From positions 1-35,423 of the forward strand of contig CALBBS010000271.1 in the NCBI GenBank assembly GCA_937926845.1: a stretch of DNA of 35,423 nucleotides, given 5' to 3'. The DNA comes from an uncultured Atopobium sp. (GTDB lineage Bacteria > Actinomycetota > Coriobacteriia > Coriobacteriales > Atopobiaceae). A program made the position numbers and the translations under genes. Positions 29,648 through 35,423 of this stretch are shown here, in pieces (positions within the stretch are counted from its first letter, which is position 1; the number at the start of each line of letters is the position of its first letter). The notes below the pieces were generated by a model. The model was not told where the DNA came from, did not search any database, and worked only from the letters and a program-made list of their open reading frames with translations.

Positions 29648-29684
29648 AAAAAATATGCACCCAAGCAAGCGCTTGGGTGCATAT
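29648..29684 (-). terminator. Intrinsic terminator of pyk (possibly bidirectional)
   Basis: Perfect 14-bp stem ATATGCACCCAAGC-AAGC-GCTTGGGTGCATAT with an A-run on its left, which is a U-tail on the - strand. Confidence 0.85.
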
Positions 29685-29706
29685 AACGTTAAAGCTGAAA
29701 TGCGGT

Positions 29707-31149
29707 TTACTGAACCTGGCAGATCATAGCAACATTAGTTGAAGTGGTGTAGTCACCAAGACGTGGGCTTGTCTGAGGATCGCCTGCGGTGAGAACAACA
29801 ATATCTCCAGTCTCAACAATGCCAACTTCTTTAGCAACGTTCAGTGCGTTGTACATGGTGTTAGACAGAGAACCCTGCTCAGTTGTCTTAAATGCATAGA
29901 CGCCCCAATAGAAGCAGGTACGACGAACTGCCTCATCAGATGGAGACATTGCATACAGAGGACGCTTTGGACGGAAGTTAGAAACAAGGCGAGCAGTGCG
30001 GCCAGAGTGTGTTGGGCAGATGATGCACTTAGCGTCAACACGGATTGCCATATCAACTGCAGCAAAGCCTGTAGCGCCGTTGACGTTCTTAAGGCCCTCA
30101 CGCTGGTGATAGACATCCTTGACTGGCAGGTACTTCTCGGTTTCCTTGCAGATGGAAGCCATGGTCTTTACTGCCTCAACAGGGTATTTACCAGCTGCAG
30201 ACTCACCAGAAAGCATGACGCAGTCAGTGCCGTCGTAGATTGCGTTAGCAACGTCCGTAACCTCTGCACGGGTTGGGCGAGGGTTGCGAATCATAGAGTC
30301 AAGCATCTGAGTTGCGGTGATGACAGGCTTGTAAGCATCGTTGCATTTCTTGATGATAGTCTTCTGGATGTGAGGAACCTCAGCTGCAGGAACCTCAACG
30401 CCAAGGTCACCACGGGCAACCATGATGCCGTTAGAAGCTGCAAGAATCTCGTCGAAGTTCTTTACGCCAAGAGCAGACTCAATCTTAGGGAAGATCTGTA
30501 CGTTAGGAGTACCCATCTCACGGCAGATGTTACGAATCTCCTCAACCGCAGCGCCATCACGGATGAAGGAAGCAGCGATTGCGTCAATACCAAGCTCGCA
30601 ACCAAACATGATGTCTGCGCGGTCCTGCTCAGTGACGGAAGGAAGGCCAATGTTGACGTTAGGAACGTTTACGCCCTTCTTCTCGCCAAGCTCACCACCG
30701 TTGATGATCTTGCAGTGCATGTCAGTGCCCTCAACGTGATCAACCTCGAGGCCAATGAGACCGTCATCAATGAGGATGATGGAGCCCTTCTTGACCTCTT
30801 TTGGAAGGTTCTTGTAGTCAAGTGAGAAGCGCTGAGCGTTACCGATGACGTCATCATCAGTGGTGACAATAACGGAATCACCAGTAGTAAGGGTGACCTT
30901 CTTGCCATCCTCGAGAAGACCGGTGCGAACCTCAGGACCCTTTGTATCAAGCATGATAGCAATAGGAATACCAAGCTCATCAGAGATAGAACGAACGCGA
31001 CCAATCATAGTGCGGTGATACTCATGGCTACCGTGCGAGAAGTTAAAACGTGCGACGTTCATACCAGCAAGAATGAGCTCACGAAGGACCTCATCACTTT
31101 CTGTAGCAGGACCCATAGTACAAACAATCTTGGTCTTTTTGCGAGCCAT
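29707..31149 (-). CDS. pyk: Pyruvate kinase
   Basis: Motifs KTKIVCTMGPA, ARFNFSHG, DTKGPEVR, KIES, MVARGDLG, ATQMLDSM, PTRAE, VMLSGESA. AGGAG RBS before ATG 31149. Confidence 0.98.
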   Translation of the reverse strand: MARKKTKIVCTMGPATESDEVLRELILAGMNVARFNFSHGSHEYHRTMIGRVRSISDELGIPIAIMLDTKGPEVRTGLLEDGKKVTLTTGDSVIVTTDDDVIGNAQRFSLDYKNLPKEVKKGSIILIDDGLIGLEVDHVEGTDMHCKIINGGELGEKKGVNVPNVNIGLPSVTEQDRADIMFGCELGIDAIAASFIRDGAAVEEIRNICREMGTPNVQIFPKIESALGVKNFDEILAASNGIMVARGDLGVEVPAAEVPHIQKTIIKKCNDAYKPVITATQMLDSMIRNPRPTRAEVTDVANAIYDGTDCVMLSGESAAGKYPVEAVKTMASICKETEKYLPVKDVYHQREGLKNVNGATGFAAVDMAIRVDAKCIICPTHSGRTARLVSNFRPKRPLYAMSPSDEAVRRTCFYWGVYAFKTTEQGSLSNTMYNALNVAKEVGIVETGDIVVLTAGDPQTSPRLGDYTTSTNVAMICQVQ

Positions 31150-31228
31150 ATCTCTCCTTTTCATAGGAATTGAAATCACATTCGAATATCAATAGTAACC
31201 GTTTTCAGAGCGTTTGTTTCTCTGGTAC

Positions 31229-32233
31229 TTAGCAAACCACACTTTTATCAACATAGTCAGTACCCTCAGCAAAAGCAGTTGCGTTATCTAGCGTAACCTG
31301 AGCAATCTGAGCAAGTGCCTCATGAGTAAAGAATGCCTGGTGACTGGTCATAACAACGTTAGGGAAAGAGCAAAGTGTGGAGGTAATTGAATCAAAAACC
31401 TCGGCGCCGCGGTCCTTATAGACGTTTGGATTTTCCTCTTCATAAACGTCAAGGCCACAAGCACCAATTTTGCCAGAAAGAATGCCACGAATAAGGGCAT
31501 TGGTGTCGATAAGTCCGCCACGACCAGTATTAACGAGGATGACACCATCTTTCATCTTTCCGATGGTCTTATCGTTAATCATGTGGTAGCTCTCGTCATT
31601 CAAGAAAGCGTGGAGTGAGATGAAGTCTGAACGCTCCCAAAGTTCATCGTAGCTGACATACTCATCAACAACGTGCTCGTCATTGACAAGGCTCATGTTT
31701 GGATACAGGTCTGCACCAAGAACGTGCATACCAAATCCCTTGCAAATACGGCAGAGCGCTGCGCCAATACGACCAGTTCCAACAATGCCGGCAGTTTTAC
31801 CGTGAAGCGTATCGCCAACAAGGCCAACAAGCGAGAAGTTATTCTCGCGAATTCTGATGTAACCACGGTGAATACGACGGTTAGCAGCAAGTGCAAGACC
31901 CATTGCGTGCTCTGCGATTGCTTCAGGGGAGTAAGCAGGTACGCGCGTAACCGTAATACCAAGGTCTTTAGCAGCGTTAACATCGACAGCATCAAAGCCA
32001 GCGCAGCGCATAAGTAGAAGCTTAACGTCAAAGCCGGCAAGAATCTCAAGAGTCAGAATTGAAGCATCTGCATTAACAAAAGCACAGACAGCATCATAGC
32101 CCTTAGCAAAGCCTGCGGTCATAGGCGTAAGGTTTGACTCAATGTAGTCGATTGAAACATCTGGATACTTTGGAAGCTCAAGGTTGAAAGAATCCTTGTC
32201 ATAACTTTGAGCACCATAAAACAGGATTTTCAT
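31229..32233 (-). CDS. ldhA: D-lactate dehydrogenase (D-2-hydroxyacid dehydrogenase family)
   Basis: Motifs CAFVN, RCAGFD, RVPAYSPEAIAEH, GTGRIG, NTGRG, DVYEEE, SHQAF. Sits upstream of pyk. Confidence 0.85.
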   Translation of the reverse strand: MKILFYGAQSYDKDSFNLELPKYPDVSIDYIESNLTPMTAGFAKGYDAVCAFVNADASILTLEILAGFDVKLLLMRCAGFDAVDVNAAKDLGITVTRVPAYSPEAIAEHAMGLALAANRRIHRGYIRIRENNFSLVGLVGDTLHGKTAGIVGTGRIGAALCRICKGFGMHVLGADLYPNMSLVNDEHVVDEYVSYDELWERSDFISLHAFLNDESYHMINDKTIGKMKDGVILVNTGRGGLIDTNALIRGILSGKIGACGLDVYEEENPNVYKDRGAEVFDSITSTLCSFPNVVMTSHQAFFTHEALAQIAQVTLDNATAFAEGTDYVDKSVVC

Positions 32234-32387
32234 AACTGCCTCCTTGCCAAAACTAACGTTTGGCTTATGTTGTTATCTACTGCGCTTATTGTACCCCTTG
32301 GATAACAATTATTTGCCACATAACAGGAGTTTTAAGAAATATTTATGAGGTTTGAAAAAAGAAAGAATACGGTAAAATGATAGAGCA

Positions 32388-32422
32388 TTGTAAGGTCCTA
32401 TGATAGGACGTTGTAAGGTCCT
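32388..32422 (+). repeat. 12-bp direct repeat TTGTAAGGTCCT x2
   Basis: Exact copies at 32388-32399 and 32411-32422 (23-nt period), with hairpin GTCCTA-TGA-TAGGAC at 32395-32409. Confidence 0.85.
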
Positions 32423-32509
32423 GACACGGCAACCTTGGTGAGCCCTTGCCCCTCTCCTGGGGAATTATGATCGGGCATCAATCTGTCAGGTAGAAACCCA
32501 GGAGGAACT

Positions 32510-35194
32510 TTGAAAGAGTATCTTTCAAGTGCGGCTGATGTTATCAGTGCGCAAAAAACTGATGCTGAAGCTGGATTGTCTGATGTAGAGGCAGCTTCAC
32601 GTCTTGAGGCTCATGGCCTCAACAAGCTTAAAGAAGCACCGAAGGAATCAATTATTAAAAGATTCTTTGCACAAATGGCTGACCCCATGGTCATCATGCT
32701 TCTTGTTGCTGCTGCTATTTCTGCTGCTGAGGGAATATATACCGGAGAAGGCGGAATTGCAGAAGTTGTTATTATTCTGTTTGTTGTTGTTATTAACTCT
32801 GTACTTGGCGTGGTCCAGGAAGGCAAGGCTGAGGAAGCTCTTGCTGCCCTGCAAGAGATGAGTGCAGCTCAGAGTAAGGTTATAAGGAACGGTCGCCTTG
32901 AGACTGTTGCCTCAACCGAGCTAGTCGTGGGAGATATTATCCTTCTTGAGGCAGGTGACTCCGTCCCAGCTGACTGCCGCATTCTCGAAAGTGCTTCCAT
33001 GAAGGTAGAGGAATCTGCGCTCACAGGTGAATCAGTTCCTGTCGAGAAACACACAGAGACCCTCAGTCTTGCTGAAGGTACCGATGATATTCCTTTGGGT
33101 GACCGAAAGAATATGTGCTACTCCGGATCTATTGTGGTCTATGGACGCGGTCGTGCGGTTGTTGTTGCTACCGGTATGGATACCGAGATGGGTAAGATTG
33201 CAGATGCAATTTCCCAGGCAGAAGATGGTCAGACCCCACTCCAGATTGCCCTTGATAAGCTTTCACACACGTTGACTATTCTTGTTGTTGGCATTTCACT
33301 GCTTGTTTTTGTAACGGGCTTCATCAAGCATGGCACTGAGATGCTTAGCAACTTTGATCTTGTTCTAAGCACCTTTATGGTTGCAGTTTCTCTTGCAGTA
33401 GCTGCAATTCCAGAAGGCCTTGCTGCTGTTGTTACCATTGTTCTTTCTATGGGCGTCACCAGAATGAGTGAGCGTCACGCCATTGTCCGCCGTCTTACTG
33501 CAGTTGAGACCCTTGGTTGTACTCAGGTTATCTGCTCTGATAAGACCGGTACGCTAACTCAGAACAAGATGACTGTTGTTCGTCACGAGACAGAAAACCT
33601 TGACGCACACGTGCGTACCATGGCGCTGTGCTCTGATGCTACCTGGGATGATATTGAGCAGGTAGCAAAGGGCGAGCCAACTGAGGCTGCTCTTGTTGCA
33701 GATGCTGCAAAACTTGGCTACACCACAAGCGACCTTGCTTCTTCTCGCCCTCGTATTGGCGAGGCACCTTTTGATTCTTCTCGTAAGATGATGTCTGTAG
33801 TGGTGCGCACTCGTTCCGGTAAGGTTGTACAGCACACCAAGGGTGCACCTGATGAGGTAATTGCTCGCTGCACCAAAATTATGACAAGTGATGGCATTAT
33901 TGACCTCACCGATGAGGCTCGTTCTGAGATTTTGGCACAGAACAAGTCCATGGCTGATCAGGCACTGCGCGTTATGGCATCTGCTCGTCGTGACTGGGGA
34001 ACAGAAGCACCTCAAAGCTATGATCCAGCTACGCTTGAGCATGACCTGGTCTTTGTTGGACTTTCTGGCATGATTGACCCTGTTCGCCCAGAGGTTAAAG
34101 GAGCTGTTGCAGAGGCGCATAGCGCTGGTATGCGTACCGTTATGATTACAGGCGACCACATTGATACTGCGGTTGCTATTGCCATTGAACTGGGTATTAT
34201 TACTGATCGCTCTCAGGCAATTACCGGTGCACAGCTTGATAAGATTTCTGATGAAGAGTTTGAGCAGCGCATTGAGACTCTTGGTGTCTATGCTCGTGTT
34301 CAGCCTGAGCATAAGGTACGCATTGTTGATACCTGGCGCAAGAAGGGCATGGTTACGGCCATGACGGGTGACGGCGTTAACGATGCGCCTTCCATTAAGC
34401 GCGCTGATATTGGTATCGGTATGGGCATTACTGGTACCGACGTAACCAAGGGCGTTGCAGATATGGTTTTGGCTGACGATAACTTTGCCACCATCATTAG
34501 TGCCTGCGAAGAGGGTAGACGCATCTACGACAACATCCGTAAGTGCATTCAGTTCCTTTTGAGCTCCAACCTTGCTGAGGTTATCTCCGTCTTTATTGCG
34601 TCTCTGGTTGGTTTTACTATTCTTCAGCCCACCCATCTTTTGTGGATTAACCTGATTACTGACTCTCTGCCAGCGCTTGCTATGGCTACCGAGAAAGCTG
34701 AGCCAGGTATTATGAAGCGTAAGCCTCGTAATCCCAAGGATGGTATTTTTGCTGGCGGCGTTGGCTTTGACTGTGTTGTTCAAGGTTCCATCATTGCTCT
34801 TCTGACCCTGGTCAGCTATTTCATTGGTCACTATTACGAGTACGGTACCTTTGATATTTCTCAGGTTATTGCTAACCCAGAAGCTGGCGTTGAGGGTATG
34901 ACCATGGCATTCTTGACGCTTTCTATGGTTCAGATGTTCCACTCTTTCAACATGCGTTCCCTGCGTAGCTCAATCTTTAAACTTACCAGTCAGAACAAGT
35001 GGTTGTGGGGTTCTTTTGCCCTGTCTCTTGTTCTTACCTTTGTAGTTATTGAGACACCACTTTCTCAGGCATTTGGTTTTGCCGAGATTGGCTTTGAAGA
35101 GTACGCAGCGGCAATGCTTCTAGCTGCATCAATCATTCCTTTGATGGAGCTCTATAAGGCTGTTATGCGCTCTGTACAGAAGAACAAGGCATAA
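32510..35194 (+). CDS. Cation-translocating P-type ATPase, P2A (Ca2+/Mn2+-type)
   Basis: Motifs TGES, AIPEGL, CSDKTGTLT, KGAP, MITGD, ARVQPEHK, TGDGVND; M6 LLWINLITD. TTG start with GGAGG RBS. Confidence 0.95.
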   Translation: MKEYLSSAADVISAQKTDAEAGLSDVEAASRLEAHGLNKLKEAPKESIIKRFFAQMADPMVIMLLVAAAISAAEGIYTGEGGIAEVVIILFVVVINSVLGVVQEGKAEEALAALQEMSAAQSKVIRNGRLETVASTELVVGDIILLEAGDSVPADCRILESASMKVEESALTGESVPVEKHTETLSLAEGTDDIPLGDRKNMCYSGSIVVYGRGRAVVVATGMDTEMGKIADAISQAEDGQTPLQIALDKLSHTLTILVVGISLLVFVTGFIKHGTEMLSNFDLVLSTFMVAVSLAVAAIPEGLAAVVTIVLSMGVTRMSERHAIVRRLTAVETLGCTQVICSDKTGTLTQNKMTVVRHETENLDAHVRTMALCSDATWDDIEQVAKGEPTEAALVADAAKLGYTTSDLASSRPRIGEAPFDSSRKMMSVVVRTRSGKVVQHTKGAPDEVIARCTKIMTSDGIIDLTDEARSEILAQNKSMADQALRVMASARRDWGTEAPQSYDPATLEHDLVFVGLSGMIDPVRPEVKGAVAEAHSAGMRTVMITGDHIDTAVAIAIELGIITDRSQAITGAQLDKISDEEFEQRIETLGVYARVQPEHKVRIVDTWRKKGMVTAMTGDGVNDAPSIKRADIGIGMGITGTDVTKGVADMVLADDNFATIISACEEGRRIYDNIRKCIQFLLSSNLAEVISVFIASLVGFTILQPTHLLWINLITDSLPALAMATEKAEPGIMKRKPRNPKDGIFAGGVGFDCVVQGSIIALLTLVSYFIGHYYEYGTFDISQVIANPEAGVEGMTMAFLTLSMVQMFHSFNMRSLRSSIFKLTSQNKWLWGSFALSLVLTFVVIETPLSQAFGFAEIGFEEYAAAMLLAASIIPLMELYKAVMRSVQKNKA

Positions 35195-35209
35195 GGCAGA
35201 GGAGTATTC

Positions 35210-35423
35210 TTGTCCGCTAAGCGTACAAAAAGTTCCAAAAAACTAGGAGCCGGCAGGACTCAAGGGTCTCTGCCGGCCCTTTCTTCATTGCTGGACGTTC
35301 CAACGTTTGATCAGCTGACTCCATCGTCGGTTCAGACGCAGGCCTATGAAGGCATCGTGTCTGAGCTTGAAGCCCAAGGGGTTTCTCGCCAGACGATGAC
35401 TATGGCTTGCGTGGTCCGTCTGG
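35210..35423 (+). CDS. Partial ORF running off the window end (unassigned)
   Basis: GAGGAG RBS, then TTG and an uninterrupted frame MSAKRTKSSKKLGAGRTQGSLPALSSLLDVPTFDQL...MACVVRL to the edge. Not in the ORF track because it has no stop codon. Confidence 0.55.
   Translation, partial: MSAKRTKSSKKLGAGRTQGSLPALSSLLDVPTFDQLTPSSVQTQAYEGIVSELEAQGVSRQTMTMACVVRL
35249..35286 (+). terminator. Terminator-like hairpin after the P-type ATPase
   Basis: GCCGGCAG-GAC-N6-GTC-T-CTGCCGGC followed by CCTTTCTTC. Confidence 0.5.

Noticed and set aside
30007..30825. 272-aa antisense ORF within pyk (likewise 12173-13024, 16041-16757 and 5624-6232)
   Set aside because: Shadow ORFs of codon-biased housekeeping genes with no protein-like motifs.
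33554..34942. 462-aa antisense ORF within the P-type ATPase
   Set aside because: No recognisable motifs. It mirrors the sense frame, which stays open because TTA/CTA/TCA codons are rare in the sense gene.
1..35423. CRISPR arrays, IS elements, prophage, tRNA/rRNA and defence systems
   Set aside because: I saw no regularly spaced repeats, transposase/integrase motifs, cloverleaf structures or unexplained large ORFs.

Overview
A gene-dense housekeeping/metabolic window of moderate GC. Gene content and style suggest a fermentative Coriobacteriia/Atopobiaceae-like host (inference only). In order: nagA (5'-truncated); a DUF3290-DUF421 pair; a ZnuABC/AdcABC-type metal ABC importer behind a long structured intergenic region; a Phe T-box with pheS-pheT, followed by a Zn-dependent phospholipase C-family gene and a glycerol dehydrogenase-like gene; a Firmicute-style glycogen operon (glgB-glgP-glgC-glgD-glgA) ending in a GH13+GH77 fusion; DUF4342-response regulator-histidine kinase; an IrtAB/YbtPQ-like ABC half-transporter pair; ldhA-pyk; a P2A-type P-type ATPase; and the start of one more ORF. 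I saw no IS, phage, CRISPR, rRNA or tRNA. The most interesting unexplained signals are (i) a switch-like structured 5' leader of the P-type ATPase, (ii) a dispersed motif, GTTTCTCGCCAG, whose 8-mer core occurs at least 18 times in several reading frames and on both strands, and (iii) the hairpin/uORF-rich region upstream of the Zn importer. All family calls come from motif recognition by eye; no searches were run.
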